The position numbers and the translations under genes are program-made. From NCBI GenBank assembly GCA_002405475.1, contig DHLX01000023.1, forward strand, positions 41,221 to 105,220: a stretch of 64,000 nt of DNA, given 5' to 3'. The DNA is from Burkholderiales bacterium UBA4657 (lineage in GTDB: Bacteria > Pseudomonadota > Gammaproteobacteria > Burkholderiales > Burkholderiaceae_E). Positions within the stretch are counted from its first letter, which is position 1. Every line of letters begins with the position of its first letter. Positions 48,017-56,590 of this stretch are shown one piece after another. The notes under the pieces are model-generated. The model was not told the DNA's origin and did no database searches. It saw only the letters and a list, made by a program, of their open reading frames with translations.

Positions 48017-49279
48017 GTGAGTAATCAAAAAGTAATTGTTGTTGGTGCAGGCGTTATAGGTTGTGCTACGGCCTATTTGCTAGCGCGGCATGGATTTGCA
48101 GTAACGGTGATTGAAGCCGAACCTGGCCCCGGGTTAATGACCAGCTATGCCAATGGCGCGCAACTCAGCTATTCCTATGTCGAACCGCTGGCATCGCCGG
48201 CGACACTGAAAAAACTTCCTTCATTGCTGCTTGATCCTCAATCGCCACTGCGTTTCCGGGTGACAGGTGAATGGGCGCAGATAGTATGGGGTTTCAAATT
48301 TATTCGTGCCTGTACCCAAGCGCATGTCAAATTTGCTACCAAGGCTTTGTTAGGACTATCTTTTCTGAGTCGTAATGAGTTAGAGCTAGCAATCGAAAGA
48401 GACCGATTGTCTTTTGATTATTCACAACCTGGTAAATTGGTCATCTATAACACTCCAGAGGCTATTGAAGTAGCGAAAAAGCAAATGGAATTTCAGCGTA
48501 CGCTTGGTTGTCAACAAACGCTGTTAAGCACTCACGAATGTCTTGAGCGGGAACCTGCCCTGGAGAATTATCAATCGTATATGGCCGGCGGCGTATGGAC
48601 ACCGGGCGATGCGGTGGGTGATGCCAAAAAATTATGTGATGATCTGGTACGGCATAGTACAAGAATGGGTGCAACATTCCGGTATCTTTCCAATGTTGAA
48701 AATTTTATTGTTCAGCGTGATCGTATTCAAGCTGCTGTCCTTGAGTCAGGTGAGAGGCTTGAGGCAGACTATTTTGTGCTGGCGAGCGGTAACGGAGCTG
48801 CAAGTCTTGGGAAAAAATTAGGGCTATCGCTGCCAGTCTATCCACTGAAAGGCTATAGCCTTAGTTTGACCCTCAGGGCGCCTGCAAAGGCACCGCAAGT
48901 GAGTGTCACTGACCTCAGACGAAAAATTGTTTATGCTTGCCTCGGTAATAAACTGCGTGTTGCAGGCATGGCTGAGCTCGTGGGTTATGATTGGTCCGTC
49001 AGTGAAAAAAAGCTGCAGTTTTTAATGCAATGTACTGAAGAAACGTTTCCGGGTGCATGTGATTTTCATACAGATATCGCTCCCTGGGTTGGTCTGCGAC
49101 CCGTAACTCCAACTTCACTGCCCATGATTGGACCTGCCCGTTTTACCAATTTTTTGTTGAATGTGGGTCATGGTTCTTTGGGATTCACCCTGGCATTAGG
49201 GAGTGCTCGCCTGATAGTGGCTTATTTAAACAAGCAAACAGCTCTGATTGCTCAGCAAGGATGGAGTTTTAAACCTTGA
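48017..49279 (+). CDS. D-amino acid dehydrogenase-like FAD oxidoreductase
   Basis: GTG start. VIVVGAGVIGCATAYLLA dinucleotide fold. VYPLKGYSLSL, LRVAGMAELVGYD and GLRPVTP..P align by eye with E. coli DadA. Confidence 0.75.
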   Translation: MSNQKVIVVGAGVIGCATAYLLARHGFAVTVIEAEPGPGLMTSYANGAQLSYSYVEPLASPATLKKLPSLLLDPQSPLRFRVTGEWAQIVWGFKFIRACTQAHVKFATKALLGLSFLSRNELELAIERDRLSFDYSQPGKLVIYNTPEAIEVAKKQMEFQRTLGCQQTLLSTHECLEREPALENYQSYMAGGVWTPGDAVGDAKKLCDDLVRHSTRMGATFRYLSNVENFIVQRDRIQAAVLESGERLEADYFVLASGNGAASLGKKLGLSLPVYPLKGYSLSLTLRAPAKAPQVSVTDLRRKIVYACLGNKLRVAGMAELVGYDWSVSEKKLQFLMQCTEETFPGACDFHTDIAPWVGLRPVTPTSLPMIGPARFTNFLLNVGHGSLGFTLALGSARLIVAYLNKQTALIAQQGWSFKP

Positions 49280-49347
49280 AAACACCACTGCCTTCATTTG
49301 TGGCAAGCTCTGACTGTCTGATATCTGATGGAAATGGTTGATTATTG

Positions 49348-50895
49348 ATGAACCTGCTTAAAGCCCTGGCCACGGTCAGCGGCCTGACTCTGTTATCCCG
49401 CATTTCTGGTCTGGTCAGGGACTTGCTTGTAGCACGCTACTTCGGTGCCTCGGGAGCGACCGACGCTTTTTTCCTGGCTTTCAGCCTGCCTAATTTATTA
49501 CGTCGCCTGTTCGCCGAGGGCGCTTTTTCCCAGGCATTTGTGCCGATACTGGGTGAGTATAAAAATTCACGTGGCGAGGAGCAAACCCGCATCCTGGTCG
49601 ATTATGTTGCCACGCTCCTGTTCTGGATTTTGATGCTCGTCACTGCCATAGGCGTGATAGCTGCTCCCCTCATCATTTATATTGTCGCCCCTGGGTTTGC
49701 TGATGAACCCGAGCGCTTTTCTCTCGCGGTACAGATGCTGCGCATTATGTGGCCGTACATATTGCTGATTTCTCTGGTTGCCTTTGCTGGCGGTATCTTG
49801 AATACCTATAGTCGTTTTTCTATTCCGGCGTTTACCCCGGTTTTGTTAAACCTTAGTTTTATTGTTGCCATGCTTGGATTCGCACATTTTTTTCACCCAC
49901 CTATCTATGTGCTGGCCTGGGCGGTATTGGCAGGGGGCGTTGCACAGTTGTTATTGCAGTGGTCGGCATTAAAGCGTATCGGCAAGTTGCCCCGAATTCG
50001 CTGGAATTTGCGTCGTGCCTGGGCAGACGAGGGCGTGAAGCGCATTTTGCGACAGATGGGTCCGGCGGTGCTGGGGGTCTCGGTAGCGCAAATTTCGCTG
50101 GTGATTAACCGGATTTTTCAGTCATTTCTGGAAACCGGCTCAATTTCCTGGTTGTTTTATGCCGATCGATTAATGGAATTCCCGACCGCATTGCTAGGTG
50201 TCGCACTAGGGACCATACTGCTGCCGTTTTTGACTAAAGCTCATGCACAACAAGATCAGTCGTCTTATAACGAATTACTGGACTGGGGCTTACGTCTGAC
50301 TTTTTTATTGGCACTACCTGCCTCGGTCGCTTTGGCAGTATTGTCACTACCTCTTATTGCTACCCTGTTTCAGCATGGCCAGTTTTCTGCCCGCGATACC
50401 ATCATGAGTGCTCAAGCCTTGACTGCTTATGCGCTAGGCCTGCTGGGTTTGATCAGTGTCAAGGTATTGGCCCCGGCTTTTTATGCCAAGCAGGACATCA
50501 AGACACCAGTAAAAATTGCGGTGCTGGTTCTGATGCTGACCCAGTTAATGAATCTGGCGTTTATAGGCTGGCTCAAGCATGCTGGCCTGGCTCTGTCCAT
50601 TTCGCTCGCCGCTTGTATCAATGCAGCGCTGCTTTATGCGGGACTGAGGAAACGGGGCATCTATCTGCCTGCACCAGGCTGGGCATGGTTTTTATTTAAA
50701 CTACTGGTAGCTTTGGCCGTGTTCGGCGCGGCGTTGTACTGGGCGCAATCGCTGGTACCGTGGCTGCAACTGGTAGCACAGCCACTACAGCGTGCATTTT
50801 TTCTCGGACTCATAGTGATAGGCGGCGCGTTGTTATATTTCACGCTACTGTTTATGCTAGGGTTCAGGTTAAAGGACTTTAGACGCCGAGCATGA
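49348..50895 (+). CDS. murJ: lipid II flippase MurJ
   Basis: MNLLKALATVSGLTLLSRISGLVRD...FFLAFSLPNLLRRLFAEGAFSQAFVP is typical MurJ/MviN. 14 TM-like segments. Confidence 0.9.
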   Translation: MNLLKALATVSGLTLLSRISGLVRDLLVARYFGASGATDAFFLAFSLPNLLRRLFAEGAFSQAFVPILGEYKNSRGEEQTRILVDYVATLLFWILMLVTAIGVIAAPLIIYIVAPGFADEPERFSLAVQMLRIMWPYILLISLVAFAGGILNTYSRFSIPAFTPVLLNLSFIVAMLGFAHFFHPPIYVLAWAVLAGGVAQLLLQWSALKRIGKLPRIRWNLRRAWADEGVKRILRQMGPAVLGVSVAQISLVINRIFQSFLETGSISWLFYADRLMEFPTALLGVALGTILLPFLTKAHAQQDQSSYNELLDWGLRLTFLLALPASVALAVLSLPLIATLFQHGQFSARDTIMSAQALTAYALGLLGLISVKVLAPAFYAKQDIKTPVKIAVLVLMLTQLMNLAFIGWLKHAGLALSISLAACINAALLYAGLRKRGIYLPAPGWAWFLFKLLVALAVFGAALYWAQSLVPWLQLVAQPLQRAFFLGLIVIGGALLYFTLLFMLGFRLKDFRRRA

Positions 50896-51731
50896 CTGCC
50901 ATGACCTCTGCACTGGCTTACTGGGAAACGCTGGTTCGTGAAGACGAGCACCTGCCCCTGTTTGAGGCAGCTTTATCCATAGCCCAGGATGAATACCCCG
51001 AAGTCGATTTGCAGCAGATATTGTCTAGTATTGACGAAATGGCGGCACGCCTGAAAGCACGCTTTGCTGCTGATGCACCTCTGGCGCACAAACTGCGCTT
51101 GCTGAATCATTTTTTCTTCAATGAACTGCATTTTCGCGCCAACGTTAACGATTATTACGATACCGACAACAGTTATCTCAATCGTGTTCTGGAGCGTCGC
51201 TGCGGTATACCCATTACCTTGTCGGCCATGTATATGGAAATTGGCCAACAGGCTGGTTTGCCCCTGAAAGGCATTGCTTTCCCGGGGCATTTTCTGGTGA
51301 AAATGCGGCTGGGGGAGGGCACTGTCATCATGGATGTATTTGAAGGCGGGAAATCTCTGTCGCGCGAAGAACTGGAACAGCGTCTGGAACCTTACCTGGC
51401 TGAACAAAATGTTGCTGCACGCGAGGTACTCCCACTGTTTCTTGAAACCGCTAGTGCGCGACACATTCTGGCTCGCATGTTGCATAACCTTAAAGGTATA
51501 TATCGGGCCGATCAGGACTATTCACGTTTATTGCCCGTACTTCAGCGTTTGGTGGTTTTGCTGCCCGAACATCCGGTCGAGCGGCGTGATCGGGGTTTGT
51601 GCTATGCCGAACTGGACTGTCCGCGTGCTGCCATGGAAGATTTGCAGGCCTATCTGGCCATGGACCCGCAAGCCCCCGATGCAGAAAGCGTACGCGAACG
51701 CATGGCCGACCTGGAAAAACAAATTAACTAA
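50892..51731 (+). CDS. SirB1-like transglutaminase/TPR family protein
   Basis: NDYYDTDNSYLNRVLERRCGIPITLSAMYMEIGQQAGLPLKGIAFPGHFLV is typical of SirB1/YchA. ATGA overlap with murJ. Confidence 0.75.
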   Translation: MTAMTSALAYWETLVREDEHLPLFEAALSIAQDEYPEVDLQQILSSIDEMAARLKARFAADAPLAHKLRLLNHFFFNELHFRANVNDYYDTDNSYLNRVLERRCGIPITLSAMYMEIGQQAGLPLKGIAFPGHFLVKMRLGEGTVIMDVFEGGKSLSREELEQRLEPYLAEQNVAAREVLPLFLETASARHILARMLHNLKGIYRADQDYSRLLPVLQRLVVLLPEHPVERRDRGLCYAELDCPRAAMEDLQAYLAMDPQAPDAESVRERMADLEKQIN

Positions 51732-51735
51732 TCCT

Positions 51736-51759
51736 GGTCATTTCGGCTGCATGCGTATG
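51736..51759. repeat. left copy of the 24-bp perfect direct repeat GGTCATTTCGGCTGCATGCGTATG
   Basis: Identical to 56567-56590. It duplicates the last codons and stop of the SDR gene. Confidence 0.95.
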
Positions 51760-51836
51760 ATGCTGCGGTATTTCGCCAATTCTGTGACAGATAACACCAG
51801 ACAAGCGTATGTCGGTTGTGGATTAGCTGATTATGA

Positions 51837-54371
51837 CTAGATTGACTCCTGGTGCGTTTCAAGTAGAGTTAGCTGTCCGTTATCATAGCGAACACGTTGA
51901 CCTGGTAATAGGCGTGGGGGATCTGGCACTACCGCAGAGGGTTTGTGTAGCTCGCGTAGCAGAGTGGCGCCGTGCGATAAGCGTCCGCCCATGCGCACCA
52001 CAACGGCTAAGGCCTGCTGGTACTGGGCATGACATCCTGGGTCTAGAGTGTCTTCTAATAAAATATCGGTGCCTACTACGCCTTCTGCACTACCAGGGTA
52101 AATGACAAAGCTTGTAGCGATTTCACTACCCTTGCTGTGCCCGTCTTGCCAAAAGCTACCTTGTTGAGTGCGTGCATCGGGGTGTGGGGCAAACCAGTGG
52201 GCGCGGTCTGTATTGGGCATCGCATGGTGTAATCGCAAAAAGATTCGCATGAGGTTATCGCGGTACCATTCCCGCACCTGCACGCAGTATCCGCGCATAC
52301 CTGGCAGGCCTAGGAGCCAGGCCCAGCGCACTGCTATGGGCCAAACTGGGAAGTTTTGCAGCGGCATGGCGATGGGCGTGCTGGGACGTGGCGTGGCAGG
52401 ATCGCTCTCCCAGGGCAGGCGGTGTAGAGCTTGATGCAGGTCTTGGTAGGCAGTGGCGGGCTGGCCCCACACGCTGCCACCACTGCTGGCTAGAGCCGTG
52501 GCTATGCACAAATTGCCCTGCACCACGAACACATAAAACCGCACCAGCCAGTCGGCCAACCTCTGTCCGCTGGCATCTTGTTGATGTAGTTGGGCCAGTT
52601 CAGCATCCCACTCGGCTAAGGCGGTAGACAAGTTCAACAGTGCCTTGCGGCTCTGGGTCTGCATGCGCCATAGCAGGGGCAGGTTACACAATAGTCGCCA
52701 GGGTCGCCAGGGCAGAGCTGGTACGCTGCCACCTACCTCGTGGGCATAGCGGCGGGTGGGCATGCCCCAGTCGGCCAGCCGAGCTAAAAACAAGTCGTTG
52801 TTAATGTACGAGGCATTGGCAAACAAGGCGGTAAAAGGCTCGTTGTCCTGTAGCACCCGGGTATCCCAGCGAGCCATGATGGCGGGTATGCTGCCTGCTG
52901 CACGGCGTTGGGCATATTCAATCAGGCGGCTGGGTTGGGGTGGCAGTATTTCGGCCACATTGGCTGCTGTTAAATGCCGGCGCCAGCCATACCCGCTGAT
53001 GGGACGGTATTGCAGCAACCATAGTTGCTTACCATCCCAGGCCCATTCTACATCGCCATGTACATAGTGAAAGGTGTGCAACACGGACTGTAGAAACTGC
53101 CAGAGTGTTTGCGCGCTCAGCCCTGCTTGAGTGGGGAACTGGCCTTCGTTCCAGTCACCGCCCAAACGTGATAATACAGCGCGTTGTGGCGTACATTGGC
53201 CATTGGCCAGGACTTCAAGATGGCCTTGCGCCCATTCTATTTCCACTGCCAAGTGGCGCACAAAGGCTATGCCAGACAGCACAGGGGTTACAAAGCGTTG
53301 AACTACCACCTCGCCCGCAAGCTGAGCCAACAACTGATGTACTTTGTTTGGTACATCAGATGCTGATACGCGTAAAAAGGTGGTACTCAGGCCTGAGTTG
53401 GCGGCATCGGCTTGGTCTTCTGTGAGGTTGGATGAACGTACGGCCCAGAGGGCAGCGGGCTGCTGTGCCAACAAAGCAGGCAGGCGTGGATCTTGTGGAT
53501 GCGTCACGTTAATGGCAGGTGGCACGGGTAGATCTGCCATTAGCGCCAGTTGCAGGCGGCCACCTTTGCTGTGGGCGGTGATGGTGTCACTTGTGCTGCT
53601 GCAAGCTTTCGTGTCTCCCTCCAGCCATGCCACAGTGTCTGCGGGGTGGTCTATCCAGGGGTAGTGACCCCAGTGCTTGTGCAAGGTGACGGTTAATTGT
53701 GCCCGCGCCAGTACGGCCGACCATGCCGCTGCTTGGCGCATATCTAGCACGGCATCACGCCCGCCCCATACCAGTTCTATTGGGTCAGTGATCCATTCGA
53801 GCAAGGGCAGTGCCGTGTCGGGGCGCACCATGTCCCATAGTGGCAAAAAGGCACGGCAGCGCGCGTAGCCTTGACCCATGCGTTGGTACTGTGCGGGATT
53901 CCATCGTTGTGATGAAAACTGACGTGCAAACCAAGCGGGCTGATGAGACAGTAGCGCATGCACCAAGGTACGCACCGGGCGGGGAGCCATCAGCGCAGGC
54001 AGACGGCGTTGCCATAAATACACGCCTACCGGGGCCAGCAACACGGTACGGGCGAAGTGTCCAGGCTTTTTTTGCAGCGCATGCAGCACAACCAAAGCAT
54101 TCACGCCTACTGCAAAAATAGCTTGTCCAGGCAGCGTTGTGGCCAGCAAAGCATCGGCAAAATGACTTAGGCTGTGGCAAGGTGGTGCGGGGTTGCTGCC
54201 GTAGCCGGGTAGTTCAATAGGTACTGGGTAGTAGTGTGCAAAGTGAGGGAGAGCATCGTCCCACCAGTTAGCTGCGCTGCCATTGCCAGCCAGCAGGTAC
54301 ATCAGGGGGCGGGGCATTGGCGGTGTCACACCAGGTTTTGTAGTGCTGCCCGTAGTGTCGGATAGCGCCAT
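51837..54371 (-). CDS. fusion protein: degenerate alpha/beta-hydrolase domain + PEP/pyruvate-binding ATP-grasp + C-terminal PEP-utilising His-swivel domain
   Basis: WAVRSSNLTEDQADAANSGLSTTF (PPDK_N-like). C-terminal GSAEGVV...VVVRMGGRLSHGATLLRELHKPSAVV (mobile-domain His). N-terminal hydrolase-like fold with AVGVNALVV where GxSxG is expected. The start is uncertain (54371 or 54317). Confidence 0.7.
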   Translation of the reverse strand: MALSDTTGSTTKPGVTPPMPRPLMYLLAGNGSAANWWDDALPHFAHYYPVPIELPGYGSNPAPPCHSLSHFADALLATTLPGQAIFAVGVNALVVLHALQKKPGHFARTVLLAPVGVYLWQRRLPALMAPRPVRTLVHALLSHQPAWFARQFSSQRWNPAQYQRMGQGYARCRAFLPLWDMVRPDTALPLLEWITDPIELVWGGRDAVLDMRQAAAWSAVLARAQLTVTLHKHWGHYPWIDHPADTVAWLEGDTKACSSTSDTITAHSKGGRLQLALMADLPVPPAINVTHPQDPRLPALLAQQPAALWAVRSSNLTEDQADAANSGLSTTFLRVSASDVPNKVHQLLAQLAGEVVVQRFVTPVLSGIAFVRHLAVEIEWAQGHLEVLANGQCTPQRAVLSRLGGDWNEGQFPTQAGLSAQTLWQFLQSVLHTFHYVHGDVEWAWDGKQLWLLQYRPISGYGWRRHLTAANVAEILPPQPSRLIEYAQRRAAGSIPAIMARWDTRVLQDNEPFTALFANASYINNDLFLARLADWGMPTRRYAHEVGGSVPALPWRPWRLLCNLPLLWRMQTQSRKALLNLSTALAEWDAELAQLHQQDASGQRLADWLVRFYVFVVQGNLCIATALASSGGSVWGQPATAYQDLHQALHRLPWESDPATPRPSTPIAMPLQNFPVWPIAVRWAWLLGLPGMRGYCVQVREWYRDNLMRIFLRLHHAMPNTDRAHWFAPHPDARTQQGSFWQDGHSKGSEIATSFVIYPGSAEGVVGTDILLEDTLDPGCHAQYQQALAVVVRMGGRLSHGATLLRELHKPSAVVPDPPRLLPGQRVRYDNGQLTLLETHQESI

Positions 54372-55768
54372 TTAAAGTGCGCGTCCAGCAGGCGTTGCGG
54401 TACAGCTTTTTGCCCATCGACAAAAATTTGCGCCATCTCACCTGCTAGCCAGCGTATAGCAGTTGCAGGAATGTGCAGCCACACAGGGCGGTGCAGTAGT
54501 TGCCCTACGGTAGTGGCAAAGGTGCTCTGTGTAACGCATTCGGGGGCTACAGTGTTGTACGCGCCTTGCATATCGGGCCGTACCAATGCTTGAGCAATGA
54601 TAGCCAATACGTCTTCACGGTGAATCCAGGCCATGACCTGTTGCCCGCTACCGAGTCGACCACCCAGACCTAACCGGTGCGGTAGCAGCATGGGGGGTAA
54701 CGCTCCACCTGGACCTAGCACCATGCCGAGGCGTAGCACTACTTGGCGTATGCCTAGCATGGTGGCTTGGGCAGCGGCTTGTTCCCATTGCATGCATAAC
54801 TCGGTCATAAAACCTTGGCCGGGTGCGCTTTGTTCAGTCAGAGTTTCTTCAGGTGAGCGCACGCCGTAGACCCCAATACCCGATGCTTGTATCCACACAG
54901 TGGGTTTGTGTTGCGTGCGCTGTGCCCATTGCAGCAGTTGGTCGGTGGTGTGTAGCCGACTATCGAGCAGGCGCTTTTTTTGCCGCTGTGTCCAAGGCAT
55001 GCCTACCACGCGGGCACCTGCCAGATTCACTACAGCATCAAACGTGTCGTCGGGGTGTAAATGGTTCAGCGTGTATATGCAGCGCGCACGGCCTGCAAAC
55101 AAAAAAGCAGCGTTTAAAGGTTGGCGTGTGAGTACCGTGACCTGGTGGCCTGCGTCCAGCAGCTGTTGCACCAGGGCTTCGCCAATAAAGCCGGTGCCGC
55201 CCGTGACCAAGACTCGCTGGTGCGGCATTTGAGTAAAGGGGTTGAGGGCAGGTACTTGACGTGCTAGGCGCAGCGCAGCGAGGCCGTCGCGCACTCCCGA
55301 AGCGGCCACACCCACGGCAAACAGGCTTAATACCCAGCCACGCCAACCGAGGTCTATGGCTACCAGGGCGGTAGGCAAACTGGCCCATTGGGCTAGTTGC
55401 ACCCCATACAGCCCAAACAGAGCACCCCCATTGATCGCCAGCACCGTGTGTAGCACGCGTTCCGTGATGGGTAGCTTACGGCTGTTGTCCTCTACAATAA
55501 AGTCCCACAAAGTCAGTCCCACTTCGATCAGTACTACCGCTGCTAACACCCAGGCCCACAGCCCGTGAAACTGCAAGTGTGCTATGCCGGCAAATAGCGC
55601 CCCGTACAGTATGGCACGTACCGCATGTATGACAAGTTCTAGCCGCGCATTATGGCGCTGAGGCAGAGCGACAGTCATTTCGTGGTGGTAGAGGGTATCA
55701 AAAGCCCCCATGAGTCCCTGGGCAATCAGCAGGGCAATGGCAATATCTAGTATGGCAATTTCAGTCAT
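54326..55768 (-). CDS. membrane-anchored SDR39U1/YfcH-like (TIGR01777, DUF1731) NAD-dependent epimerase-family protein
   Basis: About 170 aa N-terminal multi-TM domain, then RVLVTGGTGFIGEALVQQLLDAGHQVTVLTR and C-terminal ...GQKAVPQRLLDAHFKWRYPTLRAAL, typical of the DUF1731 tail. Confidence 0.7.
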   Translation of the reverse strand: MTEIAILDIAIALLIAQGLMGAFDTLYHHEMTVALPQRHNARLELVIHAVRAILYGALFAGIAHLQFHGLWAWVLAAVVLIEVGLTLWDFIVEDNSRKLPITERVLHTVLAINGGALFGLYGVQLAQWASLPTALVAIDLGWRGWVLSLFAVGVAASGVRDGLAALRLARQVPALNPFTQMPHQRVLVTGGTGFIGEALVQQLLDAGHQVTVLTRQPLNAAFLFAGRARCIYTLNHLHPDDTFDAVVNLAGARVVGMPWTQRQKKRLLDSRLHTTDQLLQWAQRTQHKPTVWIQASGIGVYGVRSPEETLTEQSAPGQGFMTELCMQWEQAAAQATMLGIRQVVLRLGMVLGPGGALPPMLLPHRLGLGGRLGSGQQVMAWIHREDVLAIIAQALVRPDMQGAYNTVAPECVTQSTFATTVGQLLHRPVWLHIPATAIRWLAGEMAQIFVDGQKAVPQRLLDAHFKWRYPTLRAALQNLV

Positions 55769-56219
55769 GGTTATGAAGGTGTTGTTGGTCGTGCTTGTAG
55801 AGCCAGACTAATGGTGGCAGCATGCTGGCAAGTGCTAGCGCGTCTACCCAAACGTGGCTCCAAACACCGGCTTGAGCCGAAATTATCATGTCTTGCGGTG
55901 CCCACAGCACTAGGCCGGCCATCAGCCAGAGCCATACTTGAGGCATGCGAGTGAGGTTGCCTAGGTGTACCAGAGCAAGCATCCAAACGGCAAGGCACTG
56001 TATGGTGGCACCAAATAGCGCCATCCACCAGGCATTATTGACTCTGGCGTGTGGCGCGGGTGTCGTGTCCCAAAATGCAGTTACCAAGCTTTGGTGATAG
56101 GCATCGAGCCAAGGACCGTTTCCCCCTAGAACCAGACCTATGCCTACAAGGCCGTGGCATAAAGCGGCTGCGTACATCCAGCGTACGACCCATATGCGGA
56201 TGAGTGATGTGCGGTTCAT
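55761..56219 (-). CDS. Trp-rich four-helix membrane protein (hypothetical)
   Basis: 152 aa with four hydrophobic segments. An 8-nt overlap with the downstream gene suggests co-translation. Confidence 0.55.
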   Translation of the reverse strand: MNRTSLIRIWVVRWMYAAALCHGLVGIGLVLGGNGPWLDAYHQSLVTAFWDTTPAPHARVNNAWWMALFGATIQCLAVWMLALVHLGNLTRMPQVWLWLMAGLVLWAPQDMIISAQAGVWSHVWVDALALASMLPPLVWLYKHDQQHLHNHD

Positions 56220-56566
56220 GACTTTACCCAGTCAAGTAAGGGTGGCTTGTGGCGCAGATGCCAACGAACCTATACCACAATAGCGCAGACCGATGCCCAC
56301 TAAATTGGCTTGAGCCAAGCATGACTTAATCAGATGGTTATGGTTGAGTAACACTACCTGTCCATTTTTTTGATTCCTGCCGTTGCTGAAATTAGATAAC
56401 TTTCTGAAAGAGTTGTCAAAGTGGATGTCTTCAGTGGCCTTTCTTACAAGGGGTTCGTCATTGTTAGTGGTGATTTATAGCTGAGTGGATTGAACCAGTT
56501 GTGATAAGCGTTTCAATTCCAGCCAACATATAGGTCTTCAGCTGTCAATTTTGGTGTGATCAAATC

Positions 56567-56590
56567 GGTCATTTCGGCTGCATGCGTATG
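56567..56590. repeat. right copy of the 24-bp perfect direct repeat
   Basis: Identical to 51736-51759. Contains the stop codon (56569-56571) and the ...IRMQPK codons of the SDR gene. Confidence 0.95.

Larger units (their letters stand above)
51736..56590. mobile_element. putative integrated genomic islet (three genes, no recombinase) bounded by 24-bp direct repeats
   Basis: Perfect 24-bp direct repeats at both ends. The right repeat is the native 3' end of the SDR gene. The interior is one same-strand overlapping gene set plus a 350-bp AT-richer leader. Confidence 0.5.

Noticed and set aside
51833-55568. Many 60-130-aa ORFs in other frames within the islet (for example 52168..52434, 53785..54180, 54900..55232, 55038..55388)
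   Set aside because: All overlap the three long, motif-bearing minus-strand genes. Arg/Pro/Ala/Gly-rich translations are typical of out-of-frame reading in GC-rich coding DNA.
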